Under the pieces are notes generated by a model. The model ran no database searches and was not told where the DNA came from. It saw only the letters and a list, made by a program, of their open reading frames with translations. Below are positions 53,913 to 63,297 of a stretch of 64,000 bases of DNA, one piece after another. The stretch is from an uncultured Candidatus Binatia bacterium (lineage in GTDB: Bacteria; Desulfobacterota; Binatia; UBA9968; JAJDTQ01). A program made the translations under genes and the position numbers. Every line of letters begins with the position of its first letter. Within the stretch, counting starts at the first letter, position 1. Location of the stretch: the NCBI GenBank assembly GCA_965213675.1, contig OZ243916.1, forward strand, positions 768,001 to 832,000, read 5' to 3'.

Positions 53913-54905
53913 ATGCGACGTTACACGTGGACAACACTACTGGCGCTGGCGCTGGTGAGTTTCCTGGCTTTCGAGGCCGCCGCCAAGGATCTGCACAAGA
54001 TCAAGGTCACCGCCGGCCGGAACAGCATCATCTCCATGCTCTATCTCGCGGGCGATATGGCCGGCATCTTCGAGAAGCACGGCATCGACGCGGAAGTGGA
54101 CGTGCGTCCCTTCGCGGGGCACATGGCTGCGCTGCCCGCCAAGGAAGTCCCCTGCTCCTCGTACGCGGGTACCGCCGCCATTGCCAGGATCACCCAGGGG
54201 CTTGACTTCGTGATCATTGGCGGGGGCCTGACGGTGATGCAGGAGGTGTTCGTCAAGAAGGACAGCCCGGTGAAGTCCATCGGCGATCTGCGGGGCAAGA
54301 AGTTCGGCACTTGGTCCACCGGCGCCGGCGCGTTCAAGGCCACCCGAGCGGCCATCATTGACGGCCACGGCATGGACGTGATCGACAAGAAGGACATGGA
54401 TCTGAAGCAGGCCGCGGCCCCCGCGCTGCTGGCCCTGCTGGACCGCGGCGACGTGGACTCCATGTTCAACATCAGCTCGCTGACCGTCCGCGCGGCGTCG
54501 CAGCCCGACAAGTACCGCTCGGTGTTCGTTCCCAACGATTATTGGAAGTCGAAAACCGGCCAGCCCATCGTGTGGTCGGCCCCGTTGGTGTGCTGGCGCG
54601 AGTGGGTGGACGAGGACAAGGAGCGCGCGGCCAACTTTGCCTCCGCGGTCATGGGGTCCATGCAGTGGCTCCGGAACCCCAAGAATTTCGATCAGGCCGA
54701 GGCGAAATTCGCCAAGGTGACCGGCATCAAGAACAAGGCCGAAGCCGGCATCTACCGGGACTGGCTGCAGAAGGGCAAGGTCTTCCTGGCCAAGTGGGAC
54801 AAGGAAACCGTGGATCACCAGTGGGACTTTCTCGAAATGGCCAAACGGCGCGGGGTCCTGGACTTCGTTCCGGACAAGCAGAAGCACGGCCTGATTCTCA
54901 ACTAG
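53913..54905 (+). CDS. ABC substrate-binding protein (SsuA/THI5/NMT1-like)
   Basis: Signal peptide, GIFEKHGID.E, DSPVKSI.DLRGKK. Confidence 0.9.
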   Translation: MRRYTWTTLLALALVSFLAFEAAAKDLHKIKVTAGRNSIISMLYLAGDMAGIFEKHGIDAEVDVRPFAGHMAALPAKEVPCSSYAGTAAIARITQGLDFVIIGGGLTVMQEVFVKKDSPVKSIGDLRGKKFGTWSTGAGAFKATRAAIIDGHGMDVIDKKDMDLKQAAAPALLALLDRGDVDSMFNISSLTVRAASQPDKYRSVFVPNDYWKSKTGQPIVWSAPLVCWREWVDEDKERAANFASAVMGSMQWLRNPKNFDQAEAKFAKVTGIKNKAEAGIYRDWLQKGKVFLAKWDKETVDHQWDFLEMAKRRGVLDFVPDKQKHGLILN

Positions 54906-54996
54906 CTGGCGTTGCGGCGTCCGGGTTCCCGTGTGGCGGCTTCGGCCGCGCCCGGGACCCGGACCGCTCTACACTCATCCCTGACAGGCTCTCCTC

Positions 54997-55761
54997 ATGA
55001 TAAAGGGCAAGCCCGGTCTACTGCCCGGGGTTCTCACCCTGCTGGCCTTCGTGTTGCTGTGGCAGTTGGTGTCGTTGCTGTTCCTGGCCGCGTTTCTGCC
55101 CGGGCCGCAGGAACTTCTCCAGCGGCTGGTCACGGTCTATTCGGATCCCGACAGCTACACCGTGGTCTGGGATACGCTGCGTCGCATCATTCTGGGTCTC
55201 GGCTTCTCCATGGTCATCGGCGGCATCGCCGGACTGGCCATGGGGCTCCACCGGCACGTGGAGGCGTTCCTGGACGGCTGGATCATGGTGCTGCTCACCT
55301 TCCCGGCCATCTGCTGGGCCTTTTTGGGAGTCCTTTGGTTCGGGCTTTCGGACGTGGGGCCGGTATTCACCACGGTGCTCATCGTCTTTCCATTCGTCGC
55401 GCTCAACGTATGGGAAGGAACCAAGGCCATCGACAAGGAAGTCATCGACATGGCCAAGGTCTACAAGGCCAACCGGCATCTGATCGTCCGCAAGGTGGTG
55501 ATTCCACAACTCATGCCCTATCTCTTCTCCTCCATGCGGATCGCCCTCTCGCTTTCCTGGAAGATCGTGCTGGTGGGTGAGGCGTTCGCCGTGGGCAGTG
55601 GGGTCGGGCAGATGCTGGTTTTTCATTTCCAGGATACCCGGGTGGACATGATGCTGGCTTGGGGCGTCAGCTTCATGGTGTTCATGGTTCTCGTGGACGT
55701 GCTCATATTCCGATCCTGGGAGCGGCGCGCCTTCCGCTGGCGCCATCAGGTGGCCACTTGA
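54997..55761 (+). CDS. ABC permease (SsuC/TauC-like)
   Basis: LP.P, TL.R, EAA-like loop, IPQLMPY. Confidence 0.92.
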   Translation: MIKGKPGLLPGVLTLLAFVLLWQLVSLLFLAAFLPGPQELLQRLVTVYSDPDSYTVVWDTLRRIILGLGFSMVIGGIAGLAMGLHRHVEAFLDGWIMVLLTFPAICWAFLGVLWFGLSDVGPVFTTVLIVFPFVALNVWEGTKAIDKEVIDMAKVYKANRHLIVRKVVIPQLMPYLFSSMRIALSLSWKIVLVGEAFAVGSGVGQMLVFHFQDTRVDMMLAWGVSFMVFMVLVDVLIFRSWERRAFRWRHQVAT

Positions 55762-55823
55762 TGGCGTGGTGACCCGGCCTTCAAACATTCAACCCGGATT
55801 CAACCCCGATACAGGTGTCGTTC

Positions 55824-56603
55824 ATGGCTTCGACGGTCGTTCACGTAGACAAGTTGACGAAGAAGTTTCCCGCTCCCGGCGGCGGCAAAGATTTCGTGGT
55901 GCTCGACGCGGTGAGCCTGGACGTCAAGGAGGGTGAGTTCGCAAGCCTCGTCGGTCCGTCCGGCTGCGGGAAGTCCACGCTGCTGAACGTCATCGCGGGC
56001 ATTGAGGTGGACAACGGCGGCAGCGTCACGGTGCATCCCGCGGCCGAATCCACCGACGGCGTCATCCACGTGGGCTATGTTTTTCAGAGCGCCCGCCTGC
56101 TCAACTGGCTGACGGTTGAGGACAACATCCGCTTCGCGCTGGAGGCTCAGAATGTGCCGCGAGCACAGTGGCGCGAACGCGTCGGCAAGTATCTCGAAAT
56201 GGTCGGCCTGGGAGGGCAGGAGCCCAACTTTCCCCTGAATCTGTCCGGCGGCATGCAACAGCGTGTGGCCATCGCCCGCGCCCTCGCCATCGAGCCGGAT
56301 ATCCTGCTCATGGACGAACCCTTCAGCCATCTGGACGAGATCACCGCGCGGAAGATGCGCATCGACCTGATGGAGATCCTCGAACGCGCAAAGACCACGA
56401 TCCTCTTCGTTACCCACGACCTGCGCGAAGCCGTCTATCTTTCAGACAACGTCTACATGATGAGCACCAAGCCCGCGCGCATCTTCAAGCATGTTCATGT
56501 GGACCTGCCGCGGCCGAGGCAGCCCGAGGATCCGCGGCTCTTCGACATGGAGAAGGAACTGGTGCGGGAGTTCTTCGCCGTGCTGGAGGACCAGGGCGAA
56601 TGA
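55824..56603 (+). CDS. ABC ATPase (SsuB/TauB-like)
   Basis: GPSGCGKST, LSGGMQQR, MDEPF, VTHD. Confidence 0.95.
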   Translation: MASTVVHVDKLTKKFPAPGGGKDFVVLDAVSLDVKEGEFASLVGPSGCGKSTLLNVIAGIEVDNGGSVTVHPAAESTDGVIHVGYVFQSARLLNWLTVEDNIRFALEAQNVPRAQWRERVGKYLEMVGLGGQEPNFPLNLSGGMQQRVAIARALAIEPDILLMDEPFSHLDEITARKMRIDLMEILERAKTTILFVTHDLREAVYLSDNVYMMSTKPARIFKHVHVDLPRPRQPEDPRLFDMEKELVREFFAVLEDQGE

Positions 56604-57379
56604 GCATGCGATTCTACATGCGGGCAGCCTCGATGGTGGCGCTGGTGCTGGTGTGGTGGATCTGCTCGCTGTTCACGCTCCCGGAGGTATTGCCGAACCC
56701 GTGGCGCATCCTCCTGACCATGGGACGCATTCTGGTGGAGCCGGGTCCCGAGGGCAACTCGGCGTTCTTCCACATCGGCATCACGCTTTTCCGCATCATC
56801 ATCGCCTTCGTGGTAGCCATGCTGGCGGGCATCGGCATCGGACTGGCCATGGGACTGCGCAGGACCGTGGAATACGCGCTCATGAGCCTGATCCCGCTGT
56901 TCCTGACCATACCCACGATACTCATGGTCTTCCTTGCGGTGCTGTGGTTCGGATTCAGCGAAACCGGAAGTCTGGTGGCGGTGATGGCCGTGGTTACGCC
57001 TTTCGTGACCGTGAACATGGCCGAGGGCACCAAGGCCATGGACAAGAGCCTGATGGACATGGGCAAGTCCTTCAAGGCCAGCAAGCAGATGATGATGCGG
57101 AAGGTCTACATTCCGCAACTCATGCCCTACCTCATGTCCGCGTTCCGCTACTCCTTCGGCATGACCTGGAAGATCGTCGCCCTGGCCGAAACCTTCGGCA
57201 TCAAGTTCGGCATCGGCTACATGTTTTTCTTCTGGTTCGAAAGTTTCGACATGGAGCAGGTGCTGGCGTGGGTGCTGCTCTTCGTGATTCTGATGCTGAT
57301 CATCGAGTACGGCGTCATCGCGCGCTTCGAACGACGCGCCTTCGCCTGGCGCCGCACGTTCTCGGCCGCCGCGCTCTAG
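56600..57379 (+). CDS. Second ABC permease (SsuC/TauC-like)
   Basis: ATGA overlap with the ATPase; paralogous to 54997-55761. Confidence 0.92.
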   Translation: MSMRFYMRAASMVALVLVWWICSLFTLPEVLPNPWRILLTMGRILVEPGPEGNSAFFHIGITLFRIIIAFVVAMLAGIGIGLAMGLRRTVEYALMSLIPLFLTIPTILMVFLAVLWFGFSETGSLVAVMAVVTPFVTVNMAEGTKAMDKSLMDMGKSFKASKQMMMRKVYIPQLMPYLMSAFRYSFGMTWKIVALAETFGIKFGIGYMFFFWFESFDMEQVLAWVLLFVILMLIIEYGVIARFERRAFAWRRTFSAAAL

Positions 57380-57539
57380 GAGCCTGTCGGGTTAATCAAG
57401 AATCTACTGCGAGGCAGGGAAATGGGTCCATTTCCGGTTGGATTTTCGTCCAATATTACCAATATTCTCCTCAAATCCGCCCGAAACTGGCCTCCATTTC
57501 TCTGCCTCTCGCTACGATTCGATAAACCCGACAGGCTCC
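57379..57539. mobile_element. 161-bp MITE-like element (second family)
   Basis: Terminal inverted repeats ggagcctgtcgggtt(a/t)atc...gataaacccgacaggctcc; AT-rich core; starts at the CTAG containing the permease stop codon. Confidence 0.75.
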
Positions 57540-57645
57540 CAGGAGCTTGCGCCGCAAGCGCCTGGCATGATCGAACAGTCAAACCTGCCCGATATCGTCA
57601 TCCCCGCGCAAGCGGGAATCCAGGAGGGGTGGGCGCGGAGAAACG

Positions 57646-57957
57646 CTACCGCCCCTGCGCCTTGATCTCCGCCAGGGAAAACGGCCCGGCGCCCATGACC
57701 TGGTGGAGTTCCCATTCGATCAGCTCGAAGGTGCAAAAGCCCGCCGCGGTGTAGGGATCGCTGCCCGCGATCTCCTCCGCTTCCTCCCGCGAGTCCGCGC
57801 GGATGAGATAGACGCCGAGCTTTCGATCCGGCGTCGGCCCGGACATCAGGATCTTTCCCGCCGCGTGCTGGCGTTTCATCCAGGACAGATGCTCGTCCAG
57901 CGTGACGGTCCACTCTTCCCTGGGTATGGCGGCGCTCCTCAGTCCAATGAACCACAT
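57646..57957 (-). CDS. YciI family protein
   Basis: EHLSWM..GKILMSGP, A.S.EEA...A..DPY. Confidence 0.9.
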   Translation of the reverse strand: MWFIGLRSAAIPREEWTVTLDEHLSWMKRQHAAGKILMSGPTPDRKLGVYLIRADSREEAEEIAGSDPYTAAGFCTFELIEWELHQVMGAGPFSLAEIKAQGR

Positions 57958-57992
57958 GCTCGTCTTCTCCCTTGTCGTCCGAAGCGAAACCC

Positions 57993-58847
57993 CTACCGGG
58001 CGGCGCAGATATCCCACCAGTTCTGGTCGAGGTCACTGAACACGAACGAAACCTCGCCGTTGACTTCCTCCAGGCCGTGCACCTCGCCGATGCCCATGTC
58101 CTCGTCCGCGGTGCTGAACGCCCGGTGCGCGTCCACCACCTCCTGCTCGGTTTCCACCTCCAGGGTGAATCGGTTCAACGCCGATACATAGTGGCGCTTC
58201 CGGCCCGGCAACACCACCACGTACCACGGCGTGTCGAAGTGCTTGATGTACACCGACATGCGGCCGCCGCCGAGAATCTCCAGCCCCAGCACATCGCTGT
58301 AGAACTTCGCGCTCACCGTCTTGTCGTCGCACTCCCGGGTGCCGTGGCTCAGGGCTTGCGGCAGGTAACCGCGGCCGGGAAAGCGCTCCTCCGGCATCCG
58401 GTTCTCGCCCCAGGGATTGATGGCGTTCCGCTGGCCGCGCACCACCGCTTCGTGATCGTAGTACTCGATCTCCCAGTCGTTGCCGCCGGGCTCGCGGAAG
58501 TAGACGGAATGGGCGAAGTGGTTCTCGTGGGGGCGGCTGACGCGCATGAGCTTGTAGCGTTCCTTCTGCGACAGGAGGTAGTCGTAGGCCGCGTTGACCT
58601 CGTCGAGGGTCTCCACCCGCACGCCATAGTGGTGCAGGTGCGGTTTGTCCACCGCCTCGGGGGCGCCTTCGTGGACCACCAGCTCCCAGTCCGTGTTGGG
58701 ATGCTTCACCGTGGCCTGCCCGTCCCCCTGCCGCACGATGTCGAACGCCAGCAGATCGGTTAGCACCGGCAAGGTGTCGTCCAGAGACTTGCATTCGTAG
58801 TGGCCGCGCTTGAGCGCCGTGGGTTGAACGGTGGGCTTGATCATCAA
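57993..58847 (-). CDS. Two-domain VOC (glyoxalase/extradiol dioxygenase-like) protein
   Basis: HHYGVRV, SVYFREPGGN.WEI, SHGT, FSDLDQNWWDI. Confidence 0.85.
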   Translation of the reverse strand: MMIKPTVQPTALKRGHYECKSLDDTLPVLTDLLAFDIVRQGDGQATVKHPNTDWELVVHEGAPEAVDKPHLHHYGVRVETLDEVNAAYDYLLSQKERYKLMRVSRPHENHFAHSVYFREPGGNDWEIEYYDHEAVVRGQRNAINPWGENRMPEERFPGRGYLPQALSHGTRECDDKTVSAKFYSDVLGLEILGGGRMSVYIKHFDTPWYVVVLPGRKRHYVSALNRFTLEVETEQEVVDAHRAFSTADEDMGIGEVHGLEEVNGEVSFVFSDLDQNWWDICAAR

Positions 58848-59058
58848 GACTTCCTCCCTGAGTGTTTCTCATGCGGCCGTGCCCCGTGCGTATCCGAGCA
58901 CGGTTACCAACCAACGGTCACCGGCCAACGTAACGCATTTCCAGCGCCGGATGAAGGCCACCCTGTCCTGGCGGCGCTCACGTTTGCGTTTCCCCCGGCT
59001 CCCTGTTTCCATTTACCTGTGCCGCCGTGACCGCCTGGAAACAGTTGGGAAACCCGAT

Positions 59059-59631
59059 ATGAAGAATGAAGCAGGCCACGCCCTTTACACTTACGACGAC
59101 TATCTCAAGACCTCCGATGACATCCGCCATGAACTCATCGAGGGCGAACTGCTGCTCATGGAGCCGGCGCCCACCACGTCGCACCAGACGGTCCTGGTCA
59201 ACCTCACCGTGCTGCTGGCGCCGTTCGCAAGGGACCATGACCTGGGCAAGGTGCTCATCGCCCCTACCGATGTCTATCTTTCCGACATCAACGTGCTGCA
59301 GCCGGACATCCTCTTCGTGTCCGCGGCGCGGGCGTCGATCATCACCGAACGCGATGTCCATGGCCCTCCGGACCTGATCGTGGAGATTTCTTCGCCGTCC
59401 ACCCGGCGCCGCGACCGCGGCATCAAGACGGAACTGTACGCCCGTTACGGCGTCGCCGAGTACTGGCTGCTGGACCCCGCCACGGCCCTGGTCGAAACGT
59501 TCCGGCTGGAGGATGGGCGGATGGTCGCCGTTGGCCACCACGGACGGGCGGACACCTTCACCACGCCCTTGCTTCCCGGCCTGTCCGTGGATCCGACAAA
59601 GGTTTTTGAAGGACGACTTCGTTCATGTTGA
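59059..59631 (+). CDS. Uma2 family (DUF820) endonuclease
   Basis: HELIEGEL, P...HQ, QPD, PDLIVEISSPST..RD...K..LY...GV.EYWLLDP. Confidence 0.93.
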   Translation: MKNEAGHALYTYDDYLKTSDDIRHELIEGELLLMEPAPTTSHQTVLVNLTVLLAPFARDHDLGKVLIAPTDVYLSDINVLQPDILFVSAARASIITERDVHGPPDLIVEISSPSTRRRDRGIKTELYARYGVAEYWLLDPATALVETFRLEDGRMVAVGHHGRADTFTTPLLPGLSVDPTKVFEGRLRSC

Positions 59632-61649
59632 CCCTCTTCCGCACACGTCGCCGGCAAACGTTCGCCGAGGGTCACGGGTTCGGGCGCACGGGCGCCTACG
59701 AGATCGTGGCAGGAGAGGCCCACGGCGATGTGCTCCCGGACGATGCCCGCAATGCCGGGATCGTCAACCTCGCCAACGCGCCCCGGAACGAGCGCGGCGC
59801 CGTGGAATACCGTGGCGACGTCCACATCCTGCGGCCCAGGGACATGAAGAAATGGAACCGGCGGGTGCTGTACGAAGCACCCAACCGGGGCAGCAAGCGC
59901 GGGTTGATGTTCCTCAACGACGCTCCCGAGTGCAACGACCCGGTGTCCCTGGAACACGCTGGCAATGGCTTCCTCATGCGGCACGGCTACACCTGGGTCA
60001 CCTCCGGCTGGCAGGGAGACCTTGTGCCGTGGAAGGACGGCATGACCCTGGACGTCCCCGTGGCCGCCGGCCATGGACAGCCGATTCAACGGCGCGTGCG
60101 CACCGAGATCTGCGTCAACCGTCCGGGCGTGTACAGCCAACCCCTGAGCGGCGATGCGCGCGTGCACGGCTACGCGGCCACGACGCTGGACACCGCCGGC
60201 GCCGAACTGACCGTGAGGATGCACTCCTACGGTGAACGTCGGATCATACCCTCCAGCGATTGGGCCTTTGCCACTTCGAGCGGGGCCGGCGGTGATGGCG
60301 CGGATGGCGCGTCTGCGATCACGCCGAGCGCTTCCCATCTCTACCTGCCGGGAGGATTCGTTCCAGGCGCCATCTACGAGCTCGTGTACATGGCCCGGGA
60401 TCCGCTGGTGCTGGGCCTGGGGTTCGCCGCGGTGCGCGATCTGGTGTCGTTTCTGCGCTACCGGACCGCGGACGGCGCGGGCAACTCCAACCCGCTGGCA
60501 AGCGATACCGGCGCCGGCCCCACCGTCGTCGAGAAGGTCTATGCCTGGGGCCGTTCCCAGAGCGGCCGCTTTCTGCGGGACCTGGTCTATCAGGGTTTCA
60601 ACGAAGACGAGCAAGGCCGGCGGGTGTTCGACGCCATCGCGCCCCACGCCGCGGGCGGCGGGCGCATTTTCCTCAACTACGAGTTCGCCCGGCCCGTCAC
60701 CTCGTGCCAGCAACACACCAACCAACTTGAGCCCGAGCTGTTCCCGTTTGCCTACAATGTCATGGAAGACCCGCACACGGGCCGCGGGGACGGCATTCTC
60801 AAACGTCCCGCCACCGATCCTCTGGTGATCCATACCCAGACATCCACCGAGTACTGGCAGAAGCGGGGAGCGCTGGCCCACACCGACGGCCGGGGAAACG
60901 ATGTGGCCCCGCCGGAGGGCGTGCGCGTGTACCTGTTCGCAAGCACGCAGCACAACGCGCCCTACGGTGCGCCCGCAGCCAAGGGCAAGACGCGGCACCC
61001 GGGCAACCCCGTGCCCATCGGCCCGGCCTTGCGCGCGCTCATCGTCGCCATGGACCGCTGGGCCAGCGACCGTACGCCCCCGCCTCCAAGCCGCATCCCG
61101 CGACACGCGGACGGTACGCTGGTCGCTCCCGACAGTTTGCGCGACCGCTCTCCGGCCATTCCCGGAGTGGTCTGCACCGGGCTCCACAACCGCCAGCTTT
61201 TTCTGGATTACGGTGAAGGCGTCGCCCGCGGCGTCATCGACGCCCACCCCAAGCCCCCACCCGACGGCGCGGGCTACACGATCCTCGTGCCCGCGGTGGA
61301 CGCCGACGGCAACGAGATTCCTGGAATCCGCCTGCCCTGGATCAGCGTTCCCCTCGCCACCTGCATCGGCTGGAACCTGCAATCCCCGGAGGCGGCGGAC
61401 GGCGAACTGGCCGGTCTCCTGGGCTCATCCATCCCCTTCCCCCGAACCCGGGCAGAGGGCGAAGCCAGCGGCGACCCGCGGCCGTCCCTGGAGGAGCGCT
61501 ACGCCAGCGCGGCCGACTACCTGGGCCGCGTGCGCGAAGAGATAGCCGCCCTGGTCGAGGCGGGCTACATGCTTGCCGAGGATGCGGAGACGCTGCAGGC
61601 CGACTGCGGGAAGGCGTTCCGGGACGCGCTGGGCGGACATCGCGAATGA
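59625..61649 (+). CDS. Alpha/beta hydrolase domain protein
   Basis: NRG, GWQGD, GLGFAAVRD, G.SQSGRFLR, TSTEYW, VDADGNE..GIRLP, R.SLEERY. Confidence 0.85.
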   Translation: MLTLFRTRRRQTFAEGHGFGRTGAYEIVAGEAHGDVLPDDARNAGIVNLANAPRNERGAVEYRGDVHILRPRDMKKWNRRVLYEAPNRGSKRGLMFLNDAPECNDPVSLEHAGNGFLMRHGYTWVTSGWQGDLVPWKDGMTLDVPVAAGHGQPIQRRVRTEICVNRPGVYSQPLSGDARVHGYAATTLDTAGAELTVRMHSYGERRIIPSSDWAFATSSGAGGDGADGASAITPSASHLYLPGGFVPGAIYELVYMARDPLVLGLGFAAVRDLVSFLRYRTADGAGNSNPLASDTGAGPTVVEKVYAWGRSQSGRFLRDLVYQGFNEDEQGRRVFDAIAPHAAGGGRIFLNYEFARPVTSCQQHTNQLEPELFPFAYNVMEDPHTGRGDGILKRPATDPLVIHTQTSTEYWQKRGALAHTDGRGNDVAPPEGVRVYLFASTQHNAPYGAPAAKGKTRHPGNPVPIGPALRALIVAMDRWASDRTPPPPSRIPRHADGTLVAPDSLRDRSPAIPGVVCTGLHNRQLFLDYGEGVARGVIDAHPKPPPDGAGYTILVPAVDADGNEIPGIRLPWISVPLATCIGWNLQSPEAADGELAGLLGSSIPFPRTRAEGEASGDPRPSLEERYASAADYLGRVREEIAALVEAGYMLAEDAETLQADCGKAFRDALGGHRE

Positions 61650-61708
61650 GCGTCCAGCGGGACAACGGACACCGGGCGGTTTGTGGGTGTGCGACACTGA
61701 AAAAGGAG

Positions 61709-61782
61709 TGCCCCCGGCGAGACTCGAACTCACGACACCAGGATTAGGAATCCTGTGCTCTATCCTGCTGAGCTACGGGGGC
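61709..61782 (-). tRNA. tRNA-Arg(CCT)
   Basis: GCCCCCGTAGCTCAGCAGGATAGAGC-ACAGGA-TTCCTAA-TCCTG...GTTCGAGTC...CGGGGGCA; CCA end not encoded. Confidence 0.95.
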
Positions 61783-62005
61783 GTTTGGGGCAGTCCGGCA
61801 CGGCGTTGGCGCCGCGAGGCCCTTGGCGACTCGCGCCTCAGTCGCGCGCTGCGTTTCTGACACGCCCGCGCACGGCTTGTCAAACGATGCGCCTTTGCAG
61901 AGCGCTGCCCGCTCGCCAGGGTCGAGTCCCGCCATTTCCTGCGATCATCGGCTGATGGGTCGTGGACGGCGCTACGCCACGCCGGGCTTGACCCGTGGTG
62001 TTCCT

Positions 62006-62166
62006 AGTGTGGTGTCTGGTTAATTCGGGTCATAATCTGCGGGTCTTTTTCGCCGTCGGCTGCGTTGCTCTTCCTCGCGTGGTACACGCCACTGCTCGTC
62101 ATCGCGCCTTGCCGACAACAAAAAATCCTCCGCAGATTATGACGCGAATCAACCAGACACCACACT
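62006..62166. mobile_element. 161-bp MITE-like element (copy 2)
   Basis: Near-identical to 10091-10251, same orientation. Confidence 0.85.
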
Positions 62167-62275
62167 TGCGGCGACCGCCCAGGGGGCGACCCCCGGTCGC
62201 CCCCGCAGGTCATCGCCTTGCCGGTGATTCCCGCGCGACTTGTCGCAGGAACGGAGGAGTGGAGGGGATGCGACG

Positions 62276-62899
62276 CTACGCGTCCGGCGGCGCCTGCATG
62301 CCGCGCTGCACCGCGGGGCGGGCGCCGATGGCGTCGAACCAGCGCTTGACCTGCGGGAAGTCGGTCAGATCCACCTGGTGCCTCTCGTGCCGGCCCACCC
62401 AAGGGTAGGTGGCGATGTCGGCCACCGAATATTCGCCGGCCAGGTACTCGTGGTCGGACAGGCGCTTCTCCATGACTCCGTAGAGGCGGCGGGTTTCGTT
62501 CTTGTACCGGTTGATGCCGTAGGGGACCTGCTCCTTGGCGCCGAGGAAGTGGTGCGCCTGGCCGAACATGGGCCCGACTCCGCCCATCTGGAACATGAGC
62601 CACTGCATCACGTCGTAGCGCGCCCGGGATTCCTCGGGCAGGAACCGGCCGCCGGCCTTCTCCGAGAGGTACAGGAGGATGGCGCCGGACTCGAAGAGGC
62701 TGTAGGGAGCTCCCCCGGGGCCGTCCTGGTCGACGATGGCCGGGATCTTGTTGTTGGGGCTGATGGCCAGGAAGTCGGGGGCGAACTGCTCGTCCTTGCC
62801 GATGTTGATGGGTTGGAGCTCGTAGGACATCTCCAACTCTTCCAGCATGACGGAGACCTTGCGGCCGTTGGGAGTTCTCCACGTATACAAATCAATCAT
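62276..62899 (-). CDS. Glutathione S-transferase (YfcG/nu class)
   Basis: MIDLYTWRTPNG, ISPNNKIPAIVD, FESGAILLYL, ADIATYPW. Confidence 0.93.
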   Translation of the reverse strand: MIDLYTWRTPNGRKVSVMLEELEMSYELQPINIGKDEQFAPDFLAISPNNKIPAIVDQDGPGGAPYSLFESGAILLYLSEKAGGRFLPEESRARYDVMQWLMFQMGGVGPMFGQAHHFLGAKEQVPYGINRYKNETRRLYGVMEKRLSDHEYLAGEYSVADIATYPWVGRHERHQVDLTDFPQVKRWFDAIGARPAVQRGMQAPPDA

Positions 62900-63297
62900 G
62901 ATGCCTCCTTTCGGTTGATCTTGACGCGTCTGGCCGTCCAACGCAACGGCAGGCAGGTGCCTGGCGGAGTTCAGCGTCATGGCCCCCAAGGGTACCGCCC
63001 ACGTGGTACGGCTCGTGTCGGCCGTTGCGGCTCCGGACTCGGGGCTGCCCGGGTCTGTTCGCGACCCGGGCAGGCTTTTGCTCGGGCAGACCGCAGACCT
63101 GAACAGAAAAGTCGGGGAACTATAATAATATAAGCGTGAAGCATCCTTTACTCGATTGTGGAAATTGTACTATGTTTTCTTGCCCTGTAATTTGCGGAAA
63201 CAGGACGCACCCCCACATCCAAGGATGCCGAAATGGAGCGAGTCGCTACACCACTCGACGATTGCTTCGGGCCGCATCCAACAAGAGGTGAGTCATC

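Noticed and set aside
61709-61782. tRNA as an island attachment site, or as tRNA-Sec
   Set aside because: The anticodon is CCT (Arg) with a short variable arm. I saw no duplicated 3' end or adjacent integrase.
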